Assembly: GCA_031429315.1 (NCBI GenBank)
Contig: JANOZJ010000401.1
Span: forward strand, 4,658-68,657
DNA: 64,000 nt
Direction: 5' to 3'
DNA from: Akkermansiaceae bacterium
Lineage (GTDB): Bacteria > Verrucomicrobiota > Verrucomicrobiia > Verrucomicrobiales > Akkermansiaceae
Shown: positions 33,209 through 44,500 of the stretch, one piece after another
Layout: the number at the start of each line of letters is the position of its first letter
Numbering within the stretch: position 1 is the first letter of the stretch
Translations under genes and position numbers: made by a program
The notes under the pieces: generated by a model
Told to the model about the DNA's origin: nothing
Databases searched by the model: none
Seen by the model: only the letters and a program-made list of their open reading frames with translations

Positions 33209-36200
33209 ATGAAACCATACCGTAAACTGCTTTCTTCCGTGATCGTCTTCACCATGAGTGCGCACCTGCTGCACGCTGCGGCGGATATCACCATTGGCAG
33301 TGCTGCCAATCTCGATATTACCCTATCAACTCCATTCCAGGATGCGTCCAACAACGGCGGCCCCTCCAATCTCAACACCAGCACACTGACGACTGCGCTC
33401 GGATCGAGTTCGGTTCTCGTGACGACCACCAGCGGAGGGATTGCGCCAACCACCGGAAGAATCACGGTGCTGGTCCCGATCACTTGGAGCAACGTCAACT
33501 CCCTGAGCCTTGCCGCGGACTCCATTATCGCGGTGGACGCCACCGTCACTAACAACGGCGGAGGCGGATTCGTTCTAACCGCAGCGGCGGGTGTCGCCTT
33601 TAATTCCGATGTGATCCTAAGCGGCGGAGCTTCCAATTTGTCCGTGGTGTCCCAAGGCATCACTCAGGCTCCATTGCGCAAACTCTTGATCAGCGGTCTG
33701 GCGGATCTCAATGCGGGATCGGCGGCCATTATGCTGCCGGAGGCCAATAATTTCGGTAGCATCAAACTCACGGGAAGCGTGGTGACGGTCAACGAAGTCA
33801 GCGCTTCGACGCTCGCCGGTGTCGCCGCAACCACCAGTTTCAATCTCACCTCGGCCGGCGCGATCACAGACTTGCCCGGTGCGACCATCGGAGTCACTGG
33901 CCTTGCGACCCTCAATGCGGGTGCCAACCCGATCACGCTTGGGGACGTGGGTGGCGGGACCACGAATTTCGGCAGCCTCAACCTGACCGGGACGGTGCTG
34001 GCCATCATCGAAGACAGCGGCACTGAGTTGGCTGGAGTGACTGGGGCCACCAGCCTCACCCTCACCTCTAACGGGGCCATCACCGATACCGGCAATATCA
34101 GCGTGTCCGGTCTTGCAATTTTCAAAGCGGGCACCAACGCGATCATTCTGGGTGATGCCGGTGAAATGACCAACTTCGGCACTTTGAATATCTCCGGTGG
34201 CGCGGTATCTATCAGTGAGGACAGTGCCATGGACCTCGTCGGCATCAACACCGCGGCGAGCGCGGTCCTCTCCGCGACCGGCGCGCTGTCCGACGCCGGC
34301 GCGACCAGCCTCGCGGTCAGCGGACTCGGCAGTTTCAGCGGCACTTCGATCAGCCTCGGTGGCGGCAGCTTCAACAGCGGCACCTTGACCTTCAATTCCG
34401 CAGGCGCGGTGACCATCCATGAAGACAGCGCCATGGACATCGTCAGCGTCAACACCGGTGGAGCCACCACCCTGACCTCGACTGCGGGCATTTCCGACGC
34501 CGGTGCGACCAGCGTGAACGTGGGTGCTCTAACAGTGAGCGGCACGTCGATCAGTCTCGGCGGCGGCATTTTCAACGCGACCACCCTGAACTTCAATTCC
34601 GCGGGCGCGGTGACGATTCAGGAGGATTCCTCGTCGTTGCTGACTGGCACGAGCACGGGCTTGAGTGTGGCAGTGATTTCGGCCGGGGCGCTGACCAACG
34701 ACGCGACCGCCAGTCTAACGGCGACCAACAACGCCAACTTCGGCGGCACCAGCATCTCGCTGGGCACCGTGGCGGGCGACACGATGAATTTCGGCTCGCT
34801 GACCTTCAACTCCAGCGGCGCGGTGACGATTCAGGAGGATTCCTCGACGCAGTTGAGTGGCGCAAGCACGGGTTTGAGCCTGGCGCTGACTTCCGCCGGC
34901 GCGATCACGGACGTTGCGGGTTCGAGTCTAACGGTGACTGGGGCGGTGGGGATCACCGCAGGAACTGCAACGTCGATCACTCTGGATGACACCGTCTTCA
35001 ATGTGGGTGGCAACACGACCTTCACGGCAGGCAACGGCCAGGAGATCACCGCCAACAACGCGGCTAACATATTTACCGGAACGGTGATTTTCGCGTCCTC
35101 CGGAACCTTGGCCAACGTCAATGTCTTCGATACCACTGCGCTGAACCTGCAGGCATCCCTGACTCTGACCGGCAGTCTAACCGCCCGCTCGGGTGCCGCG
35201 TTGACCGACAACGGCGACCTGACCGTGGCCGGTCTGGCCACCCTGGGCGGCGGCTCGATCAGTATCGGTGGTGGCACCAAGGCAACAAACTTTGGTTCCC
35301 TCAATATCAATTCCACGGGTGCGGTGACGATTCAGGAGGATTCCTCAACGTTGCTGACCGGCACCGGCATAGCGGGCAGTCTCGCTTTGACCACCACTGG
35401 CGCGATCACCGACAACCCGGGCACGAGCCTGACAGTGACGGATGGCTCGTCGATGACCGCCACCGGTTCGATCACGCTCAATAACGCGGCCACGGACGTG
35501 CTGAGCGTAGGCGGCAATGCGGCGTTCAGCGGCACGACCATCACCCTCGGTTCCGCAGGCACGGCCAACTTTGGTTCGCTAACGTTCACCTCGGGCGGCG
35601 TGGTGATGATTCAGGAAGACTCCGACACGGCGTTGAACGGCACGAGCACGGCAAACAGTCTTGGTCTGACCACGACCGGCGCGATCACGGACAATCCGGG
35701 CACAAGTCTGACAGTGACGAATGGTTCAGCGATGACAGCCACCGGCGCGATCGCGCTCAATGACACCGCCACCGATGTGTTGAGTGTTGGCGGCAACGCG
35801 GCGTTCAGCGGCACTGCCATCACCGTCGGTTCCGCAGGGACGGCCAATTTCGGTTCGCTGACTTTCACCTCGGGTGGCGCGGTGATCGTGCAGGAAGATT
35901 CCGACACCTTGCTAACAGGCGCTAACACCGCAAACAGCCTTGATCTGAAAACGACTGGTGCGATCACGGACAACTCCGGCATGAGTCTAACGGTGACGGA
36001 TGGCTCGTCGATGACGGCCACCGGCGCGATCACGCTCAACAACACCGCCACCGATGTGTTGAGTGTGGGTGGCAATGCGGCGTTCAGCGGCACGGCCATC
36101 ACTCTCGGTTCCGCAGGCACGGCCAACTTTGGTTCGCTGACGTTCTCCTCGGGTGGCGCGGTGATCGTTCAGGAAGACTCCGACACGGCGCTCAACGGCA

Positions 36201-39200
36201 CCAGCACGGCAAACAGTCTTGATATGAAAACGACTGGAGCGATCACGGACAACCCGGGCACGAGCCTGACAGTAACGGATGGCTCGTTGATGACGGCCAC
36301 CGGCGCGATCACCCTCAATGACACTGCCACCGACGTGCTGAACATTGGCGGCAATGCGGCGTTCAGCGGCACGGCCATCACCCTCGGTTCGGCAGGCACG
36401 GCCAACTTTGGTTCGCTGACTTTCACTTCTGCGGGCGGGGTGACTGTTCAGGAAGACTCCGACACCTTGCTCACAGGCGTTAACACGGCAAACAACCTCG
36501 ATCTGAAAACGACTGGTGCGATCACGGACAACCCGGGCACGAGCCTGACGGTGACGGATGGCTCAGCGATGACAGCCACTGGTACGATCACGCTCAATGA
36601 CACCGCCACCGATGTGTTGAGCGTTGGTGGCAACGCAGCGTTCAGCGGCACGGCCATCACCCTCGGTTCCGCAGGTTCGGCCAACTTCGGTTCGCTGACG
36701 TTCAATGCGACCGGCGCGGTGACGACTCAGGAAGACTCCGACACATTGCTCACCAGCACGAACGCGGCAGACAGCCTTGGTCTATACAGTTCCGGCGCGA
36801 TCACGGACAACACGGGCACCAGCCTGACAGTGACGAACGGCTCGATTATGCTCGCCACCGGTGTGATCACGCTTAATGACACCGCCACGGATGTGCTGAG
36901 CGTTGGTGGCAACGCAACGTTCAGCGGCACGGCCATTAGCCTTGGTTCCGCAGGCACAGCCAACTTCGGTTCGCTGACTTTCATGGCGACCGGCGCGGTG
37001 TCGATTCATGAAGACTCCGTCACATTGCTCACAAGGAGAAACTCCGCCTACAGCCTTGGTCTAACCACTTCCGGCGCGATCACAGACAACACGGGCACCA
37101 CGGGCACCAGCCTGTGGGTGACGGATGGCTCGGCGATGACTGCCACCGGTGCGATCACGCTCAACGATAGCGCCACGGATGTGCTGAGCATTGGCGGCAA
37201 TGCGGCGTTCACCGGCAGCGCGATCACTCTTGGTTCCGCAGGCATGGCTAACTTCGGCTCGCTGACGTTCACCTCGGCTGGCGCGGTGAGTATCCAAGAG
37301 GATTCTTCAACTCTTCTAACCGGCATAAGCACGGGCTTGAGCCTGGCGTTGAATTCGAGGGAGGGAATCACCAACGACGCTTCTGCAACCCTCGCGGTGA
37401 CGAACCTCGCAAGCTTCAGCGCCACCAGTATCACGTTGGGCACCACGGCGGGCGACACGATGAACTTCGGCTCGCTGACGTTCAACTCGGCCGGTGCGGT
37501 AACAATCGAGGAGGATTCTTCAATACTGCTAACCGGCACCAGCACGGGCCTGAGCCTCGCGTTGGGTTCAACAGCGGGAATCACCAACGATGCAACAGTC
37601 CACCTCGCGGTGACCAACAACGCGACCTTCACCGGCACCAGCATTTCACTGGGCACCACGGCAGGCGATATCATGAACTTCGGTTCGCTGACATTCAGCT
37701 CGGCAGGCGTGGTGACAATCCAGGAAGACTCCGACACATTGCTCACAGGTGCTAACACAGCAAACAGCCTCGATCTAAAAACGACCGGCGCGATCACGGA
37801 CAACCCGGGCACGAGTCTAACTGTAACGGATGGCTCGGCGATGACAGCCACTGGTGCGATCACGCTCAATGACACCGCCACCGATGTGTTGAGCGTTGGC
37901 GGGAATGCGGCGTTCAGCGGCACGGCCATCACCGTCGGTTCCGCAGGGACGGCCAACTTCGGTTCGCTGACGTTCACCTCGGGTGGCGCGGTGATCGTTC
38001 AAGAAGACTCCGACACGGCGTTGAGCGGCACGAGCACGGCAAACAGTTTTGATTTAACCACGACTGGCGCGATCACGGACAGCACGGGCACGAGCCTAAC
38101 AGTAACGGATGGCTCGTTGATGACAGCCACCGGCGCGATCACGCTCAATGACGCTGCCACCGAAGTGTTGAGTGTTGGCGGTAACGCAGCGTTTAGCGGC
38201 ACGGCTATCACCGTCGGCTCGGCAGGCGCAGCCAACTTCGGTTCGCTGACTTTCACCTCGGCGGGCGCGGTGACGGTCCAGGAAGACTCTGACACGGCGC
38301 TGAACGGCACGAGCACCGCCAACAGTCTTGATCTGAAAACGACCGGCGCGATCACGGACAACCCGGGCACGAGCCTGACGGTGACGGATGGCTCGTCGAT
38401 GACAGCCACTGGAGCGATCACGCTCAATGATACCGCCGCCGACGTGCTCAACGTTGCGGGCAACGCGGCGTTCAGCGGCACGGCCATCACCGTCGGTTCC
38501 GCAGGCACGGCCAACTTCGGTTCGCTGACTTTCACCTCCGCAGGCGTGGTGACAATCCAGGAAGACTCCGACACATTTCTCACAGGCTCTAACACAGCAA
38601 ACAGCCTCGGTCTGATTACGACTGGCGCGATCACGGACAGCACGGGCATGAGTCTGATAGTGACGGATGACTCGTTGATGACAGCCACCGGTGCGATCAC
38701 GCTCAATGACACCGCCACCGATGTGATGCGCGTTGATGGCAACGCAGCCTTCAGTGGCACGGCCATCACTCTCGGTTCCGCAGGCACGGCCAATTTCGGT
38801 TCGCTGACGTTCAATTCAGGTGGCGCGGTGATCGTTCAGGAAGACTCCGACACGGCGCTCAATGGCACCAGCACGGCAAACAGCCTTGATCTGACCACTT
38901 CTGGCGCGATCACGGACAGCACTGGCATGAGCCTGGCGGTGTTGGATGGCTCGTCGATGACAGCCACCGGCGCGATCACGCTCAATGACACCGCCAGCGA
39001 CGTCTTGAACATTGGTGGCAACGCGGCCTTCAACGGCACGGCCATCAGCCTCGGTTCCGCAGGTGCTGCCAACTTCGGCTCGCTGACTTTCAACTCGGCG
39101 GGGGCGGTGACGATCCAGGAAGACTCCGACATGGTGCTGAACGGTAGCAGCACGGCGGACAGACTGGCACTGACCTCGGCCGGGGCATTGACCGACAGCG

Positions 39201-41278
39201 GAAATCTGTCGGTGGCGGGATTGGCAACTTTCCGTGGCGCGTCCATCACGCTCGGTGGTGCCGGACTGACGACTCACTTCGGTTCGCTGACCGTCAACTC
39301 GACGGGGACGGTGGCCGTGCAGGAGGATTCGGACACGCAGTTTGTCGGAGCCAGCACGGCCAGCATCCTGACTCTGACTTCGAGTGGAGTCAGCACCTTC
39401 ACCTCCGGCTCCACCCTGGATGCCACGAGTCTCGAGATTCAAACCCAGTCAGTCGTCCTAACGGGAAATAACCTTGTCGATACGATCGGGGTGAGGCTCG
39501 CCAACGGCACCACGCTCACCCTCAACGGCGCTGACACGATCGGCACGCTGATCATCAACGGCGGCACGCTGGCCGGCAGCGCGGCACTGACCGCGACCGG
39601 CGGCGCGGCACTCAACGGTGGCACCATTTCCGGCCACCTTCTGGCGGACACGACGACCACCGGCACGGTGCTGGTATCCGGCACGGTGGGCGGCGGCTTC
39701 CTGCACGTCAACAGCGGCACCCTGACGCTGACCGGAACGGCCAGTTCAAATACCACCGTCAAGGTCGGAGCGACTCTTAAGGGGACCGGCTTGGTCAATG
39801 GCAATCTAACCAACTACGGCACCCTGGCTGTGGGTTCCATGGGCGGCAAGCTGACCGTTTCCGGCAAGCTCAAGACGAGGGGCAACATCGCCTTGTCGCT
39901 GGACGATTCCAGCAACTTTGAGAAAATCAAAGTCGGCAGTGCCAATCTGGGCGGCAGCCTGCTAGTGACCAACACCGGCTCCGGCCTCGCCAACGGCGAG
40001 ATGGCGAGAATCATCAATGCCGGATCCTATTCGAACGGAGTGGATTCCTTCACGACCATCGACTTTGACAACGGCCTGCTCTTCAACGACCGCACCGGCA
40101 CTTTGATCGGCCTGGCGGGTGGTGATAAACTCAAGAACGGTGGCTATCTGAATCTCACGGAAAGTCAGTCGGACATCTATCTCGCCTTGTTCGAGGATTC
40201 CGTGCAGCTCGGAGTGCAAAACGTGATCCGCTCCGGCTCCACCGTCCGCTTCACTAGCGGCGCAACCAACGGCGATCCCCAATTGGTCAGCGCTCTCTAT
40301 CAGGCGACTTTCACCACTCCGGGAACGATAGACATCGATACCGTGACCAGCCTCTCCCCGGAAGTCCACCGCGGCATGGGCGACTACACGGAGCAGGCCT
40401 TGCGCTCGCACGTCCGGGAGGCGGCGGATGCCGCTCCGGTGTCGCGCAAGGGCAAGACCCAGGTCTTCGCCACCTTGCACTCGAATTCGGACGGCGTGGA
40501 TGACTCCGTGACCAACGCGGGTTATGACACCGAAATGTTCGGCGCGACCGGCGGGGTGCGTTACGACGTCAACGGCAACCTCCGGATCGGCGGATTGCTC
40601 GGCGTGGATGACGGCAACATCAAGGGCGCGTTGATCGACACCGATGCCCAAGGCTTCGCGCTCGGCGGCTTCGGTCGCTATCTGTTCGATGACAAGGGCA
40701 AAACGACGGTCACCGGCAGCGCGTCCTTCGGGAATTATGCCTACGATGCCGCACGCCGCAGTTTTGGCGGCGACGCCAAGGCCGACGATATCGGTTCGGA
40801 TGCGATCGAACTCGTTCTGGGTGTCAGCACAGTGGTGTATGAAAAAGACCGTCTGCGGGTGTCGCCCGGCGGTGCATTCCGCTACATGACAGGAAGTGTG
40901 GATGGCTTCGAGGAAAACGGCCCGGGTGTCCCGCTGACGGTTGACTCACAGGATATCGAAGCGCTGTTAATTGATGTCGGGGTGGATCTGAACTACCAAC
41001 TTCAGGACAAACTTTCGCTGGTGGGTCGCGTGGGTTACGTTAGCGACTTGTCCAGCTCAGATGAGTCGGTATCCGCCTCTTTCGCGGCTTCCGGTCCGGA
41101 TGGTTTGCCGTTCTCGGTGTCTGCTCCTGGGATCGACAACCAAGCGATCACCCTCGGACTCGGGTTGTTCTATGACATCAACGACAACACCCGCATGGGC
41201 GTGACCTACCGTGGTGAGTTCCGAACCGATTCACTCTCTTCGCAGACCTTCGGCATCGGTGCGTCCTATGGCTTCTAA
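33209..41278 (+). CDS. Giant autotransporter (type Va) with a repetitive beta-helical passenger
   Basis: Signal peptide, a Thr/Gly/Ser/Ala-rich passenger of tandem repeats, a helical linker (SLSPEVH), and a C-terminal ~280-aa beta-barrel ending FGIGASYGF. Confidence 0.9.
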   Translation: MKPYRKLLSSVIVFTMSAHLLHAAADITIGSAANLDITLSTPFQDASNNGGPSNLNTSTLTTALGSSSVLVTTTSGGIAPTTGRITVLVPITWSNVNSLSLAADSIIAVDATVTNNGGGGFVLTAAAGVAFNSDVILSGGASNLSVVSQGITQAPLRKLLISGLADLNAGSAAIMLPEANNFGSIKLTGSVVTVNEVSASTLAGVAATTSFNLTSAGAITDLPGATIGVTGLATLNAGANPITLGDVGGGTTNFGSLNLTGTVLAIIEDSGTELAGVTGATSLTLTSNGAITDTGNISVSGLAIFKAGTNAIILGDAGEMTNFGTLNISGGAVSISEDSAMDLVGINTAASAVLSATGALSDAGATSLAVSGLGSFSGTSISLGGGSFNSGTLTFNSAGAVTIHEDSAMDIVSVNTGGATTLTSTAGISDAGATSVNVGALTVSGTSISLGGGIFNATTLNFNSAGAVTIQEDSSSLLTGTSTGLSVAVISAGALTNDATASLTATNNANFGGTSISLGTVAGDTMNFGSLTFNSSGAVTIQEDSSTQLSGASTGLSLALTSAGAITDVAGSSLTVTGAVGITAGTATSITLDDTVFNVGGNTTFTAGNGQEITANNAANIFTGTVIFASSGTLANVNVFDTTALNLQASLTLTGSLTARSGAALTDNGDLTVAGLATLGGGSISIGGGTKATNFGSLNINSTGAVTIQEDSSTLLTGTGIAGSLALTTTGAITDNPGTSLTVTDGSSMTATGSITLNNAATDVLSVGGNAAFSGTTITLGSAGTANFGSLTFTSGGVVMIQEDSDTALNGTSTANSLGLTTTGAITDNPGTSLTVTNGSAMTATGAIALNDTATDVLSVGGNAAFSGTAITVGSAGTANFGSLTFTSGGAVIVQEDSDTLLTGANTANSLDLKTTGAITDNSGMSLTVTDGSSMTATGAITLNNTATDVLSVGGNAAFSGTAITLGSAGTANFGSLTFSSGGAVIVQEDSDTALNGTSTANSLDMKTTGAITDNPGTSLTVTDGSLMTATGAITLNDTATDVLNIGGNAAFSGTAITLGSAGTANFGSLTFTSAGGVTVQEDSDTLLTGVNTANNLDLKTTGAITDNPGTSLTVTDGSAMTATGTITLNDTATDVLSVGGNAAFSGTAITLGSAGSANFGSLTFNATGAVTTQEDSDTLLTSTNAADSLGLYSSGAITDNTGTSLTVTNGSIMLATGVITLNDTATDVLSVGGNATFSGTAISLGSAGTANFGSLTFMATGAVSIHEDSVTLLTRRNSAYSLGLTTSGAITDNTGTTGTSLWVTDGSAMTATGAITLNDSATDVLSIGGNAAFTGSAITLGSAGMANFGSLTFTSAGAVSIQEDSSTLLTGISTGLSLALNSREGITNDASATLAVTNLASFSATSITLGTTAGDTMNFGSLTFNSAGAVTIEEDSSILLTGTSTGLSLALGSTAGITNDATVHLAVTNNATFTGTSISLGTTAGDIMNFGSLTFSSAGVVTIQEDSDTLLTGANTANSLDLKTTGAITDNPGTSLTVTDGSAMTATGAITLNDTATDVLSVGGNAAFSGTAITVGSAGTANFGSLTFTSGGAVIVQEDSDTALSGTSTANSFDLTTTGAITDSTGTSLTVTDGSLMTATGAITLNDAATEVLSVGGNAAFSGTAITVGSAGAANFGSLTFTSAGAVTVQEDSDTALNGTSTANSLDLKTTGAITDNPGTSLTVTDGSSMTATGAITLNDTAADVLNVAGNAAFSGTAITVGSAGTANFGSLTFTSAGVVTIQEDSDTFLTGSNTANSLGLITTGAITDSTGMSLIVTDDSLMTATGAITLNDTATDVMRVDGNAAFSGTAITLGSAGTANFGSLTFNSGGAVIVQEDSDTALNGTSTANSLDLTTSGAITDSTGMSLAVLDGSSMTATGAITLNDTASDVLNIGGNAAFNGTAISLGSAGAANFGSLTFNSAGAVTIQEDSDMVLNGSSTADRLALTSAGALTDSGNLSVAGLATFRGASITLGGAGLTTHFGSLTVNSTGTVAVQEDSDTQFVGASTASILTLTSSGVSTFTSGSTLDATSLEIQTQSVVLTGNNLVDTIGVRLANGTTLTLNGADTIGTLIINGGTLAGSAALTATGGAALNGGTISGHLLADTTTTGTVLVSGTVGGGFLHVNSGTLTLTGTASSNTTVKVGATLKGTGLVNGNLTNYGTLAVGSMGGKLTVSGKLKTRGNIALSLDDSSNFEKIKVGSANLGGSLLVTNTGSGLANGEMARIINAGSYSNGVDSFTTIDFDNGLLFNDRTGTLIGLAGGDKLKNGGYLNLTESQSDIYLALFEDSVQLGVQNVIRSGSTVRFTSGATNGDPQLVSALYQATFTTPGTIDIDTVTSLSPEVHRGMGDYTEQALRSHVREAADAAPVSRKGKTQVFATLHSNSDGVDDSVTNAGYDTEMFGATGGVRYDVNGNLRIGGLLGVDDGNIKGALIDTDAQGFALGGFGRYLFDDKGKTTVTGSASFGNYAYDAARRSFGGDAKADDIGSDAIELVLGVSTVVYEKDRLRVSPGGAFRYMTGSVDGFEENGPGVPLTVDSQDIEALLIDVGVDLNYQLQDKLSLVGRVGYVSDLSSSDESVSASFAASGPDGLPFSVSAPGIDNQAITLGLGLFYDINDNTRMGVTYRGEFRTDSLSSQTFGIGASYGF
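35332..39115 (+). repeat. Intragenic tandem array: 12 units of ~279 bp (93 aa) interrupted by two 213-bp (71 aa) units
   Basis: (Q/H/E)EDS motifs recur near 35332, 35611, 35890, 36169, 36448, 36727, 37006, 37294, 37507, 37720, 37999, 38278, 38557, 38836 and 39115. Confidence 0.85.
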
Positions 41279-41554
41279 GTTCTCCATCCAGTGGGCCGGC
41301 TCCGCTCGAGGGTGAGCGTGGCCGGGGTGGCGGGTGGAGTTTGCTGAGGAGCTGCTTGGCCACCGGTTGAAACGTGGATGCCGTGATTTTGTAAGATTTG
41401 CTGAATCGTTCATCCGGCAGGTAAAATATTTCCGGCCAATCTCCCTGCGGTGCCCCGCGCAGTTGCCGAAAACGGCTTGACCCGTGGGGTAGATTAAGCT
41501 CACCTAAGGTATTGGCTGCCGACGGTAGCAATGTTCCCCCACTCCCCCTTCCAC

Positions 41555-44500
41555 ATGGTATTTTTAAAAAAAAGATATCTTCGTGCCTTCGGCTTACTGA
41601 AGGTCGCCGCCTGTAGTTTGTCCCTCCTCGCCACGGTGCTGCTGTGTCTGGGACTGGCGGGTCGGCTCCATGGCTCAATCGCCTCCGAGAACGCCCTGAC
41701 CGGAAACTTGCCGAGCGAATGGGACGTCAACGGGATCGGCGATCCGAGCATCCAGGGCTTCGCCACCGACTTCAGCGTGAATCGCGGCACGACGGTGCAG
41801 TTCAAGATCAACACCACCGCCTCGGCCTACCATATCGATATTTATCGCCTCGGCTATTACGGTGGCCGCGGCGCGCGCAAGGTGGCCACGATTAATCCCT
41901 CGGCCAGCTTGCCCCAGATTCAACCGGCCTTCGTCAGTGACCCGGCCACGGGCTTGGTCGATTGCGGGAACTGGGCCGTTTCCGCCAGTTGGGCGGTGCC
42001 GGCCAGCGCCACCTCGGGAGTTTACATCGCCCGACCGGCCCGCACCGACAACAGCGGCGCGAGCCATATCATCTTCATCGTCCGCGATGACGCGGGAGCC
42101 TCCGATTTCCTGTTCCAGACCGCCGACACGACTTGGCAGGCTTACAACAACTACGGCGGCATCAATTTGTACCGCTACCTGAATGTTCCCCCTTACCGGG
42201 CCTACAAGGTCAGTTACAACCGCCCTTTTAACAATCGAGGCGGGACCCAATACGCCGAACGGGAGAGCTTTTTGTTCAATGCCGAGTATCCGATGATCCG
42301 CTGGATGGAGGCCAATGGCTACAACGTCAGTTATGCCTCGGGGATGGACACGGATCGCCGGGGATCGGGGGCGTTGCTCACCCACAAGGTTTTCCTATCG
42401 GTCGGCCACGACGAATATTGGTCCGGCCAGCAGCGCACCAACATCGAGGCCGCCCGCGCCGGCGGGGTGCATCTCGGCTTTTTTAGCGGCAATGAATTAT
42501 ATTGGAAGACACGCTGGGAAAACAGCATCGCCGGACCCAGCACGGCCAACAGGACCCTGGTTTGTTACAAGGAGACCCGATCAAACGCCAAAATCGATCC
42601 GTCTCCGGCATGGACGGGCACCTGGCGGGATCCGCGCTTCAGTCCGCCGTCCGACGGTGGGCGGCCAGAGAACGCGGTGACCGGCCAATTCTTCACAGTG
42701 GACGCGTTTCGCAACGATCCGATGATGATTTCCTCCGCCGAGGGCAAGATGCGTTTCTGGCGCAACACGGGAATCGACACGCTGGCGACCGGCCAGACCG
42801 CGCAGTTGCCAGCCGGGGTGCTGGGCTTCGAGTGGAATGAAGTCAGGGACAATGGCTTCCTGCCGTCCGGACTGTTTCGCCTGTCCACGACCACTTTTGC
42901 GGTGGATGCCTATCTTCAGGATTATGGATCGACCTTCGCGCCAGGCGTCGCCACCCACAGCATGACGCTCTATCGCCATGCCAGCGGTGCGCTGGTCTTC
43001 GGCGCGGGCACCATCCAATGGTCGTGGGGCTTGGACGCGACCCATGATTTCGCCGGAACGCCGGTCGATGTGCGCATGAAACAGGCGACCGTGAACCTGT
43101 TCGCGGACATGGGCGTCCAGCCAGCGACCCTGCAAGCCGGCCTAGTCGCCGCGACCGCTTCCACTGACATGATTGCTCCCACGTCGGTCATTCAAATGGT
43201 GTCTGGCGGGACGCTGCAGACGGGCGCTCCGGTGAACATCCTCGGCACCGCCGCCGACACTGGGGGCGGAAATCCGGCAGGGGTCGAATTCTCATACGAC
43301 GGAGGCGCGACTTGGCACCTGGCGACCGGCGCGGCGAATTGGAGCGGGACGTGGACGCCATTCGATCATGGACCAATAACCTTCCGAAGCCGCGCGGTCG
43401 ATGACAGTGGCAGAATTGAAAACCCGGGTCCGGGGATCAGCGCCACGGTCAGTGGTGGCGTGAACAACGGCAGCTTCGAGTCCGGTGCCACGGGCTGGAC
43501 GACAACCGGAAATCTGGTCATCGGGTCCCCGTATAGCGTGGCGACCCATGGAACCAAACTCGTCGCATTCAACAGTGGCGACTTGACGCCGAACGGCGTG
43601 CTTTCCCAGACCTTTGCCACCGTCGCGGGACAAACCTACACGCTCGCCTTCGATGCCGGGGTGATCGCCAACAACACCAACTCGCAAAATCTGCTGGTGA
43701 CGGTTGTCGGCACCAGCAGCCTGCTCTCACAATCCATTGTGATCAATGGCTTGGGTGGCCTAGCCACTCGCTGGGTGCCACAGAGTTTCACCTTCGTGGC
43801 CGACAGTGCCTCGGCAACCTTGACCTTCCGCGACCAATCCGCGACGTCCGGCAGTCTCGACCTGCTACTCGACAAAGTGCGGGTTACCTCAGCCACCCTG
43901 CCTCAAGTCGCGACGCCCACCTTCAGTCCGGTCGGTGGAACCTACCTTGCCGCGCAGTCGGTGGCGCTTTCGGACACGACCCCAGGAGCCGCCATCTATT
44001 ACACCACCAATGGCAGCACGCCGACCGCTCAATCGACGTTTTACACCACGCCGATCACGGTTGCCACCACCACCACGATCAAGGCGATAGCTGTCTTGTC
44101 CGGCTGGTCTAACAGCGTAGTGGCCAGCGCGACTTACACGATCCAGTTGCCCGCCGCCCCCAGCAGCCTGACGGCTACCACCATCTCAGTCAGCCAGATC
44201 GATCTGGCTTGGGTGGACAACGCCACCAACGAAACCGGCTTCAAGATCGAGCGGAAAACCGGCGCGGGTGGCACCTACGCGCAAATCGCCACAGCGGGTG
44301 TCAATTCGACGACTTATACCGACACCGGACTGACCGCCGGGGCGACCTATTTCTATCAGGTGCGGGCCACCAACGGCAGCGGGAATTCCAGTTACTCACC
44401 CGAAGCCAGCGCCATACCTGCCGCCGTGCCTGCTGCCCCCAGCGGCCTGACGGCGACTGCAGTTTCAGTCAGTCAGATCAATCTGACGTGGGTGGATAAC

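Noticed and set aside
35332-39115. Regular long repeats as a possible CRISPR array or DGR template
   Set aside because: The units are in-frame 279/213-bp coding repeats without unique spacers. There is no reverse transcriptase and no obvious adenine-specific variation.
9899-41278. Canonical Tc toxin, T6SS/eCIS, CDI or T1SS locus
   Set aside because: No RHS/YD or SpvB, sheath/tube/baseplate, TpsB or ABC/MFP genes were seen. Only the TcA-like C-terminus is supported.
41477-41511. TTGACC as a sigma70 -35 for the 41555 gene
   Set aside because: Candidate -10 hexamers (TAAGCT, TAAGGT) are at 12 and 23 bp spacing, not 16-18.
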